NCBI GenBank assembly: GCA_965372735.1
Contig: CBDVDL010000001.1
Location: forward strand, 1-28,063
Reading direction: 5' to 3'
Origin: an uncultured Alphaproteobacteria bacterium
GTDB taxonomy: Bacteria > Electryoneota > RPQS01 > DYHQ01
Length of the DNA: 28,063 nt
Position 1 is the first letter of the stretch. Each line of letters starts with the position of its first letter. A model generated the notes under the pieces. It saw only the letters and a list, made by a program, of their open reading frames with translations. It was not told the origin of the DNA and did not search any database. A program made the position numbers and the translations under genes. This document shows, piece by piece, positions 1-7,844 of this stretch.

Positions 1-68
1 CATCACCCCCGAAAGCCCCGAAGAAACCCAGAGTGGTGGATTAAAAGAATGAAAATGCAACCTTTAAA

Positions 69-169
69 GCGGTGCCATAGCGAGTAACCCCGCTTGTCCG
101 CAGCCGGGCGGGACTCCTTCCTTTGGTCAGGTTCGTGGTGGGACACCTAGGAAACCGCATGGCACCCGC
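69..169 (+). ncRNA. Candidate structured non-coding RNA, family unassigned
   Basis: Closing stem GGTGCCAT (71-78)/ATGGCACC (159-166); inner pairings TGTCC/GGACA and CGGGC/GTTCG need G-U pairs that favour the + strand; followed by a + strand terminator. Lacks the SRP helix-8 motif and a tRNA cloverleaf. Confidence 0.35.
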
Positions 170-177
170 TCCTATAA

Positions 178-209
178 AACGGCCTCCAGTTTTGGAGGCT
201 GTTCTTTGT
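178..209 (+). terminator. Intrinsic terminator
   Basis: 11-bp stem AACGGCCTCCA/TGGAGGCTGTT (one G-U), loop GTTT, followed by CTTTGTTT. Confidence 0.65.
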
Positions 210-215
210 TTGGCG

Positions 216-248
216 AAAAAGCAAAGCCCTGTGGAAATCCACAGGGCT
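216..248 (-). terminator. Intrinsic terminator of the RRM gene
   Basis: Perfect 10-bp stem AGCCCTGTGG/CCACAGGGCT, followed on the - strand by TTGCTTTTT, about 85 nt past the RRM stop. Confidence 0.75.
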
Positions 249-331
249 CTCGCAAATCTGACGTTTTATCAAAGTCAGTAGGTAATTCTCATCGCTCAAT
301 CCCTTTTACAGGTGAGCCTGAGGAGACAGGA

Positions 332-616
332 CTACCAGCGATCTTGCTTGTTGTAGGACCTGTCACGCCGTTCGGTCTTGGGTCGTGCCTCATTGACTGA
401 GAGCGTTTTCCCATCAAGGTCTGCGTTGCCTACCGCATTGATTGCGGCTTGCGCCTCTTCCTTGTTCGGCATTTCGACGAAGCCAAAACCCCGCGAGCGT
501 CCGGTGTCCCGGAATTTGATGATGTTTACAGACGCGATTTCGCCATGCGGCTCAAACAGCGTGCGGAGGGAATCCTCTGTTGAAGAGAAATCTAGATTAC
601 CCACGTAGATGTTCAT
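332..616 (-). CDS. RNA-binding protein, single RRM domain
   Basis: RNP2 (NIYVGNL) and RNP1 (RGFGFVEM) motifs, SVNEARP end of domain, AGGA upstream of ATG. Confidence 0.95.
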   Translation of the reverse strand: MNIYVGNLDFSSTEDSLRTLFEPHGEIASVNIIKFRDTGRSRGFGFVEMPNKEEAQAAINAVGNADLDGKTLSVNEARPKTERRDRSYNKQDRW

Positions 617-775
617 TCTTTTTCCTTTTCGTTCTTTTCCCGGCCCTGTGCCGGACTTTTTGCGCTGACCACATCTATTGGTGGCATGCGCTATCGTTGT
701 TCTCCGCTGGTGTTAAGTTATTAATTCCAATGGAGATATGTACACTTAAGAATCTCTGGCGTGAATCCCGGATAT

Positions 776-804
776 AAAAAAGGGTGGCTATTGGGCCACC
801 TTTA
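776..804. terminator. Possibly bidirectional terminator hairpin
   Basis: GGTGGC/GCCACC stem flanked by an A6 tract (776-781) and a T4 tract (801-804). Confidence 0.55.
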
Positions 805-898
805 TTCTTCTCGCCTATTGTAAAGCTTAAAAATTGCGGTCTGTAACCGCAGGGTATTCCGTCGCTGAATTCACAATGCCCCCGATGGGCAACTGCAC

Positions 899-927
899 AA
901 TATACGAAAATAATTCCCGAATGTCAA
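899..927 (-). promoter_or_regulatory. Sigma70-type promoter facing the RRM gene
   Basis: On the - strand TTGACA (927-922), 17-nt spacer, TATATT (904-899). Confidence 0.7.
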
Positions 928-1121
928 GAGCTTTTCTCAATATTTCCAATCTAATCAATTCAGCACCGGCGCAGTAACGGGTCCATTACCCGCCGTTGTG
1001 CCTCTCGAAGAGCCGCAATGGAAGGCGCAATTCCCCGCCATTCGAAGATATTTCGACTATCCCGCTCAGTGGCAGGGCGGAGGGTGATATGATTTCTTTT
1101 AATGATTTTATTTCCCACTAG

Positions 1122-1143
1122 CCCCCACCGTCCTCGGTGGGGG
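1122..1143. repeat. GC-rich palindrome (REP-like or terminator)
   Basis: Perfect 9-bp stem CCCCCACCG/CGGTGGGGG, loop TCCT, downstream of the minus-strand operon. Confidence 0.5.
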
Positions 1144-1266
1144 GATGTGGAATGTTATAGTATTATGCTTAGTGATGAATACAGTTCAACTGTGCAAACC
1201 TTTTCGGAAACAGAACTGGACAGGATGCTCACGGATTCCATTGTACCGCACGCAGGAGCGCGTGGT

Positions 1267-2055
1267 CTAGTGAGGAAAAAACGAGGCGAATTCAAATGAG
1301 TGAGAGTTGTCCAGTACAAGCTTTGGGTCCATATGTTTTAGAAGCTCGTATTTCTTCACCAAAGGCTTGAATTTATCTCTGCCGAGACCACTTAGACAAT
1401 TATAAAATAATAAAAGCAATTCATAAGTTGAAAGTTGAGCGCGAACAAGGTTTACATAGAACTTCTTGTTATCAATGTCACTTCGGTCGACAAACTTTAC
1501 AATATTGTACAGAGTTCTGAAATAATGTCCGAGTACAGAATGATACACATTGTAAAATGCAAAGTATAATTCGTTCATAGGTATCGAGTCCTTTTGAGTT
1601 AAATCCTGAACCTTCATTTGATATTCTTCTTTAAATTCGTCGTACATTAACCTAAAGCAAATTCTTCCCGAGATACCACTTTCACCTATGTCAATGGATG
1701 TAGCATTCTCGTTGTGGAATCTCAGCATTTGAAAAAAAGTCGCTTCAAATTGCTGAAGTTTGAATGTTTCATTCTGCATTCGTAGCTGTTCTTTCTGCCC
1801 TCTAAGTTCTTCTCTGGTTTGCTCGAGCTCTCTCTGCTGAACATCAAGGTCTTTTCTTTGAAGAAGAATGGCGATTATAATACCCGCAAAGGCAAGTCCT
1901 GAAAAGAGTGCATTTAACGCTTCAGACACATGGCCAGAATGTTCGCCCTTCACCCACTGCAACAGACAGAAATCACCAGTCTGGAGATAAATACTCGCAG
2001 TCCATAGAACAATCACGGCAATGAATATCAATGGAATAAGCCATTTGCCCTTCAT
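1267..2055 (-). CDS. Putative phage abortive infection protein (putAbiC-like) with N-terminal membrane segments
   Basis: GGAGG SD then ATG at 2055; two hydrophobic segments, coiled coil (QQRELEQTREEL), then QQFEATFFQML, LGHYFRTLYNIVKFVD and RAQLSTYELLLLFYNCL motifs typical of this family. Confidence 0.75.
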   Translation of the reverse strand: MKGKWLIPLIFIAVIVLWTASIYLQTGDFCLLQWVKGEHSGHVSEALNALFSGLAFAGIIIAILLQRKDLDVQQRELEQTREELRGQKEQLRMQNETFKLQQFEATFFQMLRFHNENATSIDIGESGISGRICFRLMYDEFKEEYQMKVQDLTQKDSIPMNELYFAFYNVYHSVLGHYFRTLYNIVKFVDRSDIDNKKFYVNLVRAQLSTYELLLLFYNCLSGLGRDKFKPLVKKYELLKHMDPKLVLDNSHSFEFASFFPH

Positions 2056-3542
2056 TGTTTCCTCCCTAATGATGACAGGTTGTTTTGCCAGATAGCTGAA
2101 AGAACACATCCAAACTCCCTTAACCGCGCGTCCATTATCTTATCAAGCTCGCGTTGGATGGTGGGGTCGAGGGGTTGGGATTCGTGTTTCTTTAATGTTT
2201 TTTCGACGAAATCGTGGGCGCGTTCGAGGGCGGTTTTAGCGCCGTGACGTTCGGAAGCTTCGTCAGTCATACGGTCAACGATTTTGCTGGGGTAATAGCC
2301 TTCCTTTTTGTACCACTTCAGCGTATGCGGATGGTCAAGAAGATTGCCTTTCTGAATAAGCACTTCCATCAGTTCGGGAATGCTCGCTCCTTCACGAGGT
2401 TCGATACCGCGAGTCAATCGCAGCGCGGAGCCGCAGATATCGTGATCAATCGCGAGCTTTTCGAGCGACTGCGCGTTTTCGAAATTCATCATCCCCGCGC
2501 CGGAAATCATGTTCACTCCCGCGAGCGCCGCCATCACTGCTCCCATGCCGCTCTCGAAACCCGCCTGCGCGTCCACGACCTTCGCATCGGAAAGGCTCAT
2601 GTACGCATGTGTCGGCACGTTGAAATGTTTGCCGACTTGCGCGTACGCCGCGTCAATCATCATCGTCTCAATCGCGCCCATCGGCGTCGTGGCGGTGCGC
2701 ATATCGAAAAACGCCGGCGAACCGCCATAGATAATCGGCGCGCCGGGCGCGGCGAGCTGATGAATCACGATGCCGCTTAAATCCTCGGCGCAATGCTGCA
2801 CGACCGCTCCATGCAGCGACACCGGCGAGGTCGCGCCTGTCAACGGCATCGAAACCAACTCCGCCGGAATGCCCGCACGAGCGCAGTCGATTAAATCCTG
2901 ACACGTCAAATCGCTCCACATCAGCGGCGGTGACGGGCAACAATCGAATTGCGCCAGTGGTTTTTCACGCAGCGCTTTCTCGCTCCCACGCACGACAACC
3001 AGCATCCGGCGCATCACATCGAACGAACCGCGTATGAACGTACCGGTCACCACAGGTTTCGTGCCATTCGTCAGCGCGATATACAAGCGGATGCTGTCCG
3101 AAACTTCCGGAGGCACATCGCCCGGCACGACGCCCGTGGATTGCGCGGCGAAATTCGGCAGCGCATCAATCAGGCGCGCGAAACGAACGGCGTCTTCAAT
3201 GCGCGCACTTCGAAGTTTGCCGCTGTCGTAATCGTAAAATTTCAACGCCGCCGAACCGGGGTCGAAATGGCAACGATCCTCTCCTAAATCCGCTTGTAAT
3301 TTTCCTTCGCGGTCATAGAGCTGAATCGAAGAAGGAACGGTTTTCAAACATCTTTCGATGAGGGCTGAATTTATTTTAACTCTGCCCGCTTCCAGCTTCG
3401 CTCCGGCATCAAGGAGAAGCTGCTTTGCTTCAGCATTCTCGACCTTCACGCCCGAGCGTTCCAAAATTGTATAAGCGTCTTCGATAATCGCCTGTACCAA
3501 TTCCGGCGAAAGAAGTTTTATTTTAGGTCGAATAACGGACAT
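2052..3542 (-). CDS. Trimethylamine methyltransferase (MttB) superfamily protein, non-pyrrolysine
   Basis: GGAGG SD before ATG 3542; CCPSPPL, GATSPVSLHG, DMRTATTPMGAIE, SDAKVVDAQAGFESGM, GVNMISGAG motifs. No in-frame TAG; Ser codon at 2550-2552 aligns by eye with the Pyl position. Confidence 0.9.
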   Translation of the reverse strand: MSVIRPKIKLLSPELVQAIIEDAYTILERSGVKVENAEAKQLLLDAGAKLEAGRVKINSALIERCLKTVPSSIQLYDREGKLQADLGEDRCHFDPGSAALKFYDYDSGKLRSARIEDAVRFARLIDALPNFAAQSTGVVPGDVPPEVSDSIRLYIALTNGTKPVVTGTFIRGSFDVMRRMLVVVRGSEKALREKPLAQFDCCPSPPLMWSDLTCQDLIDCARAGIPAELVSMPLTGATSPVSLHGAVVQHCAEDLSGIVIHQLAAPGAPIIYGGSPAFFDMRTATTPMGAIETMMIDAAYAQVGKHFNVPTHAYMSLSDAKVVDAQAGFESGMGAVMAALAGVNMISGAGMMNFENAQSLEKLAIDHDICGSALRLTRGIEPREGASIPELMEVLIQKGNLLDHPHTLKWYKKEGYYPSKIVDRMTDEASERHGAKTALERAHDFVEKTLKKHESQPLDPTIQRELDKIMDARLREFGCVLSAIWQNNLSSLGRKQ

Positions 3543-3546
3543 GCGA

Positions 3547-4185
3547 TTACCTCCGAAAAGAGCAGTCTTGTTTTTCACAAAGATTACACCTTGAAGCTTG
3601 CGGTTCCCCCGGAGGAGATGCCGTCAGCTTCACGGCGAACGAAATAGATTTTAAGGGATTCATCAGAAAAGTCGGACTCAATTTAACACCGACCCTTTCG
3701 GCGAACAGATGAGAAAAAATGATTTTCTGACCTGATTTCAATGCCCAGTTTCCGTAGCCCGGACTGAAACGCGGCCATGCAGCGAGTCCCTCTTCCGCCG
3801 CTTTCTCGCAGATACGCGCATCGACGGCATTCGCGAGACTTTCTACGGTTTCCGAACCGACCGCATCGAGCGCGGTCGCGAGCGCGAACTGTCCTTTGTC
3901 TGAAAGCTCGCGCACCTTCTCTTCTAAGCTCGAGCCGATGGTGCAAATACTGAGAACGATTGGACCGAGGTCGTTTTTTAACGCTGCCTCTTCAAAATCA
4001 CTATCGAAAATTCCATAGACGGCACGCGGCTTTGAAAGATTGTGCCCCATAAGCAGCGCTTCGTCCACCATGTCACGCAATCTTTCCGGAGCGTCTTCTT
4101 CCCGCCCTCCAAGCAGGCGGTAGATTTCTCCGATGCGAGGCACCACCGAAAGATCATCCATATAAAAAATTGATGCTGCTGTCAT
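3547..4185 (-). CDS. B12-dependent methionine synthase reactivation-domain-like protein
   Basis: LDAVGSETVE, RFSPGYGNW, LMNPLKSISF motifs; C-terminal CNLCEKQDC; start overlaps the upstream stop (ATGA, 4185-4182). Confidence 0.8.
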   Translation of the reverse strand: MTAASIFYMDDLSVVPRIGEIYRLLGGREEDAPERLRDMVDEALLMGHNLSKPRAVYGIFDSDFEEAALKNDLGPIVLSICTIGSSLEEKVRELSDKGQFALATALDAVGSETVESLANAVDARICEKAAEEGLAAWPRFSPGYGNWALKSGQKIIFSHLFAERVGVKLSPTFLMNPLKSISFAVKLTASPPGEPQASRCNLCEKQDCSFRR

Positions 4186-5051
4186 TTCCATCGCTTCCGA
4201 ATTAATGCAATCGTCTCTGGATTCGTTCCACAGCAACCGCCAATGATTTCCACACCGAGTTCTCGGATTTTTATGATGTTCGCTACATATATCTCGTTAT
4301 CTTCAGGGTAAACTGTGCCCTGTGGTGTGACCTGAGGCATACCGGCATTCGCCTGAATGATGACAGGAATAGAAACAGCTTCGCGGGCTTCTTTTGCGAC
4401 GTCTATCATGTCCGCGCTGCCCAGCGAACAGTTCGCACCAACCGCTGCCGCACCAGCATTCGCCATCGCCTTTATCGCATTCTCGACCTTGTCACCGAAA
4501 AGCGAGAAATATCCTTTCTTGCGTTTCTCGAATGTCATGCTGAGCATAAATGGCTTTTCGGATACGGAGCGAAACGCGCTGGCTACTAATAGAATTTCCT
4601 GAAGGTCGAAGAAGGTTTCCGCGATGAAGAAATCAACACCTTCCTCGTCCAAGATGCGCGCCTGAGATGCGAAAGCGTGTTCGATGTCATCAGGTTTGCC
4701 CGGCCCCACCGGTTCGAGCAGAAGCCCTGAAGGGCCGATTTCCCCTGCGACAAGCGCTCGCTTCGAAGCAGCTTCTTTCGCGAGTCGAACACCTTTTCTC
4801 GTCAACTCTTCCCAAGATTGTTTGATTTTATGCTCGCCAAAGCGCACCGGATTCGAGTTAAAGGTGTTCGTAGTGATGACATCCGAACCGGCTTCGACAT
4901 AAGCGGCATGCAATTCCCTGACGGCATCAGGATTCTCCGTATTCCAAATATCGGGAGGCTGCCCCGGCGCAAGTCCTTTGCGCTGCAACTCAGAACCGAT
5001 AGCGCCATCGAAAAGAAGGCCTCGGGATTTGATGCGCTCAATCAAATTCAT
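4182..5051 (-). CDS. Homocysteine S-methyltransferase domain protein
   Basis: LLFDGAIGS, AGSDVITTNTF, ETFFDL, GANCS and GGCCG Zn-binding motifs; ATG 5051 overlaps the upstream stop (ATGA). Confidence 0.9.
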   Translation of the reverse strand: MNLIERIKSRGLLFDGAIGSELQRKGLAPGQPPDIWNTENPDAVRELHAAYVEAGSDVITTNTFNSNPVRFGEHKIKQSWEELTRKGVRLAKEAASKRALVAGEIGPSGLLLEPVGPGKPDDIEHAFASQARILDEEGVDFFIAETFFDLQEILLVASAFRSVSEKPFMLSMTFEKRKKGYFSLFGDKVENAIKAMANAGAAAVGANCSLGSADMIDVAKEAREAVSIPVIIQANAGMPQVTPQGTVYPEDNEIYVANIIKIRELGVEIIGGCCGTNPETIALIRKRWK

Positions 5052-5701
5052 TGACGTGTTTCCACAAGTTCGCGCGCCATACGGACCGCTTCGATAGCAT
5101 TCTCGCCGTAGCCGTCCGCGCCGATGTCTTCCGCCCATTTGCGACTGACCGGCGCGCCGCCAACCATCACTTTCACACGGGCCCGAAGTCCTCTCTGCGC
5201 GAGCATTTCGATGACGGTTTTTTGACCCATCATCGTCGTCGTCAGCAGAGCCGAAAGGCAAATCAGGTTCGCGTTAAAATCTGCGGCTTCGCTGCAGAAT
5301 TTTTCCAGCGGAACATCCGCGCCTAAATCGCGCACTTCAAAACCGGACGCTTCCAACATCGCGGCGACGAGAGATTTGCCGATGTCATGGATGTCTCCCT
5401 GAATCGTCCCGATAACCACGCGCCCGAATGAAGAACTCCCGGATTGCCCCGCCGCCATTTCCGGTGTCAAAATCGCCATGATCGCTTTCATGGTTTCGGC
5501 GGACAGCATCAGCTCCGGCAGAAAAATATCGCCTTCCTCCCAGAGGTCTCCCAGACGCCGCATCGCGGGAATGCACGCTTGGTTGACAAGGTCGATGGCG
5601 GAAATACCATCAGAAAGTCCCTGCCGGACGCATTCCAAAGCGCGCTCCTTTTCGGCAGCCTGAACGGCTTCATTTAATTGTGTAAAAATGTCGTTTTTCA
5701 C
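5048..5701 (-). CDS. Corrinoid (B12-binding) protein, MttC/MtbC-like
   Basis: Cap domain (FLPELMLSAE), DIHDIG (DxHxxG), SALLTTT and VMVGGAP motifs; GTG start with GGAG SD. Confidence 0.92.
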   Translation of the reverse strand: MKNDIFTQLNEAVQAAEKERALECVRQGLSDGISAIDLVNQACIPAMRRLGDLWEEGDIFLPELMLSAETMKAIMAILTPEMAAGQSGSSSFGRVVIGTIQGDIHDIGKSLVAAMLEASGFEVRDLGADVPLEKFCSEAADFNANLICLSALLTTTMMGQKTVIEMLAQRGLRARVKVMVGGAPVSRKWAEDIGADGYGENAIEAVRMARELVETRQ

Positions 5702-5820
5702 AGGTTTCTCCGTATGAAATTTTCGCTCTAAGTCTGTTTAAAATAAGAAAAAGGGCGAAGAGAGTCAAGGGATTCAACCGCGTCCGCCTGCGGAATTACA
5801 GCCTGTCCGACAGAGTGGAC

Positions 5821-5848
5821 TTGACTTTGACAATTCAGATGTTATAAT
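5821..5848 (+). promoter_or_regulatory. Sigma70-type promoter for the peroxiredoxin operon
   Basis: TTGACT (5821-5826), 16-nt spacer, extended -10 TG-T-TATAAT (5840-5848). Confidence 0.6.
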
Positions 5849-6022
5849 TAAAGATTAGCAAAAATGCAAGTTTGTTAAATCTATCTTCATAAAAGACATC
5901 TTGTTAAACAGATTCGCGGGGCAGCAAGTTCAGGCTGAACGGACAGCGCACTTGGAAATTATAGCTAAAGAAACCGCCTGTTTCTAACTCGCAGAGTTCA
6001 ATATATTCAAGTGGGGCAACTT

Positions 6023-6739
6023 ATGGCGAAGCCAAAAGACGGGTGCGTCCAGTCAGCGGCGGGGCCCATCAACGCGCCCATTCCAGATTCAGCCGAAACA
6101 GCCGAAGTGTCCAGTATGACGGGAGGAAACATAATGACTGCTCAAGTTGGTAAACCTGCGCCTGATTTTGAAGCGAGCGCGTATTTCGAAGGCGGCTTTA
6201 AAAATGTAAAGTTGTCGGATTATCATGGTCAATGGGTGGTGCTTTGCTTCTACCCGGGCGACTTCACATTCGTTTGACCGACAGAGTTGGCGGCAGTTGC
6301 TGCCAAGCACGATGAATTGAAAGCACTGGGTGTTCAAGTACTGGCTGCAAGCACTGACAGCCGCTTTACCCATAAAATCTGGCAAGAGGAAGAGCTGTCG
6401 AAGATGGTTCCCGGCGGCGTTCCTTTCCCCATGTTGTCGGACGCCGGAGGTAAAATCGGCACGGTTTACGGCATTTATGACAGCGAGGCGGGTGTGGATA
6501 TTCGCGGCCGATTTATCATTGATCCCGAAGGTGTTATTCGGGCAATGGAAGTACTCACTCCCGAAGTAGGCCGCAATGTGAGCGAACTGATTCGTCAGGT
6601 GAAAGCTTTCCAGCATGTCGTCGCTACAGGCGAAGTGACACCATCCGGATGGTTGCCCGGTAAACCCACGCTGACACCCGGACCCGAGTTAGCCGGCAAA
6701 GTATGGAAAGAATGGAAAACGGGGATGGCATTTAATTAG
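6023..6739 (+). CDS. prxU: Selenocysteine-containing peroxiredoxin (AhpC/TSA family)
   Basis: Two in-frame ORF pieces join across TGA 6275-6277 to give [13 protein letters not shown], with TGA at the peroxidatic Cys. N-terminal GC-containing extension; alternative start ATG 6134 with GGAGG SD. Confidence 0.9.
6287..6306 (+). promoter_or_regulatory. Bacterial SECIS-like hairpin
   Basis: TTGGCGGC/GCTGCCAA stem with G-containing loop AGTT; the loop begins 17 nt after the TGA. Confidence 0.7.
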
Positions 6740-6758
6740 TGTCTTACAAATAGAGGTT

Positions 6759-7358
6759 TTGATGTTTAAGGAAAACTTTCCCCAGACCTACACGCTGAAA
6801 AACGACAAGAAGGTCACTATCCGGTTGCTGGAATCTGGGGATGAAAAAGAAATGAACCGCTTCTTCGAGTCGCTGCCGGACGCGGAAGTGAACTATTTCC
6901 GAAGCGACGTTCGAAATCCCGAAATGATTCACGGGTGGATTAAGGACATCGATAACAAATGGCGCGTTCGATTAGTGGTTTTTCACGAGAAAAAGATGAT
7001 TGCCGAGTGGGCGGTTCTTCACCGCGACCATGGTTGGACTCGCCATGTCTGTGAAATTCGCGGGATGATTCACCCGGATTGGCGCGGCCTTGGACTGGGC
7101 AATATGCTGTTCTACGATCTTCTCACCATCGCTCACGAACTCGAAAAAGAGAAAGTTATCGTGGAAGTTCTCGCGCAGCAGAAGCTGGTCATCCAACGCT
7201 TCGAGAAAATCGGTTTCCAACGGGAAGCGCTCTTCAAAAATCATGTGAAAGATGCTCGCGGACGAGTATCGGATCTGCTCGTCCTGTCCATGCAACTGGA
7301 ACCGGCGTGGAAAAAGATGGAAGAGCTCGTTCACGACATGGGCGACCGCGGAGGTTAG
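6759..7358 (+). CDS. GNAT family N-acetyltransferase
   Basis: Motif A (IHPDWRGLGLG) and FEKIGFQRE; GAGG upstream. Confidence 0.85.
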   Translation: MMFKENFPQTYTLKNDKKVTIRLLESGDEKEMNRFFESLPDAEVNYFRSDVRNPEMIHGWIKDIDNKWRVRLVVFHEKKMIAEWAVLHRDHGWTRHVCEIRGMIHPDWRGLGLGNMLFYDLLTIAHELEKEKVIVEVLAQQKLVIQRFEKIGFQREALFKNHVKDARGRVSDLLVLSMQLEPAWKKMEELVHDMGDRGG

Positions 7359-7384
7359 TCGTTCCATTGCAACGGATATTTTTT

Positions 7385-7421
7385 GGGCATCTTTCAAAAA
7401 CCACTTGGAAGATGCCCTTTT
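7385..7421 (+). terminator. Possible terminator/attenuator between GNAT and the YkoF-like gene
   Basis: GGGCATCTTT/GAAGATGCCC stem with a large loop, followed by TTTT. Confidence 0.4.
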
Positions 7422-7444
7422 CGTACGCAAACTAAATTGGAGAG

Positions 7445-7708
7445 ATGATGAACGTGCAGATGGAAGTGAGTTTATATCCTTTGGAGACGAAGGAGCTTTT
7501 ACCGCACATAAAGGCTTTCAACGACGCGCTTCGCAAGGAAGGATTCGATGTGGAGGTCGGGCCTCTAAGCAGTTATGTCACCGGCGAAAGCGAAGCGCTT
7601 TTCCCAGCCCTCGGTCGCGCATTCGAACACATCGCACAGCAACACCGTTGCGTCCTTATAACCAAAATCGCCCGCCTGAATCCGTGTGAAAATGACTCGC
7701 CGCGGTGA
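7445..7708 (+). CDS. YkoF/MTH1187 thiamine-binding-like protein
   Basis: MEVSLYPL start, VEVGPLSSYVTGE motif, about 87 aa ferredoxin-like size. Confidence 0.75.
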   Translation: MMNVQMEVSLYPLETKELLPHIKAFNDALRKEGFDVEVGPLSSYVTGESEALFPALGRAFEHIAQQHRCVLITKIARLNPCENDSPR

Positions 7709-7788
7709 ATCCCCAGATTCGCCCGGAAAGTGGGTCGCCTGAGCCGACCGGAATGCAGACGGAGTACGAACGCCATAAGGCAGAAAAA

Positions 7789-7814
7789 AGGCAAGGGGCT
7801 TTAGCCCCTTGCCT
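7789..7814. repeat. Palindrome between convergent genes (terminator/REP-like)
   Basis: AGGCAAGGGGCT-TT-AGCCCCTTGCCT; the same palindrome recurs inside the RM gene at 18455 and 18500. Confidence 0.75.
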
Positions 7815-7844
7815 AATTTTGCGTAGTTGAGATAAACAAGAAAA

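Noticed and set aside
2-52. Possible C-terminus of an upstream gene (ITPESPEETQSGGLKE*)
   Set aside because: Only 16 codons visible, no recognisable motif.
69-169. SRP RNA, 6S RNA or tRNA-Sec identity for the hairpin
   Set aside because: No CAGG-GNRA-AGCAG helix-8 motif, too short for 6S, no cloverleaf or TCA anticodon arm.
2052-3542. Pyrrolysine in the MttB homologue
   Set aside because: No in-frame TAG; the corresponding codon is AGC (Ser).
4182-5261. Longer 359-aa version of the homocysteine methyltransferase
   Set aside because: The extension overlaps the corrinoid gene in another frame; ATG 5051 with ATGA coupling fits the domain start.
6275-6277. Peroxiredoxin as a pseudogene or two genes
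   Set aside because: TGA falls exactly on the catalytic Cys, is in frame and is followed by a SECIS-like hairpin.
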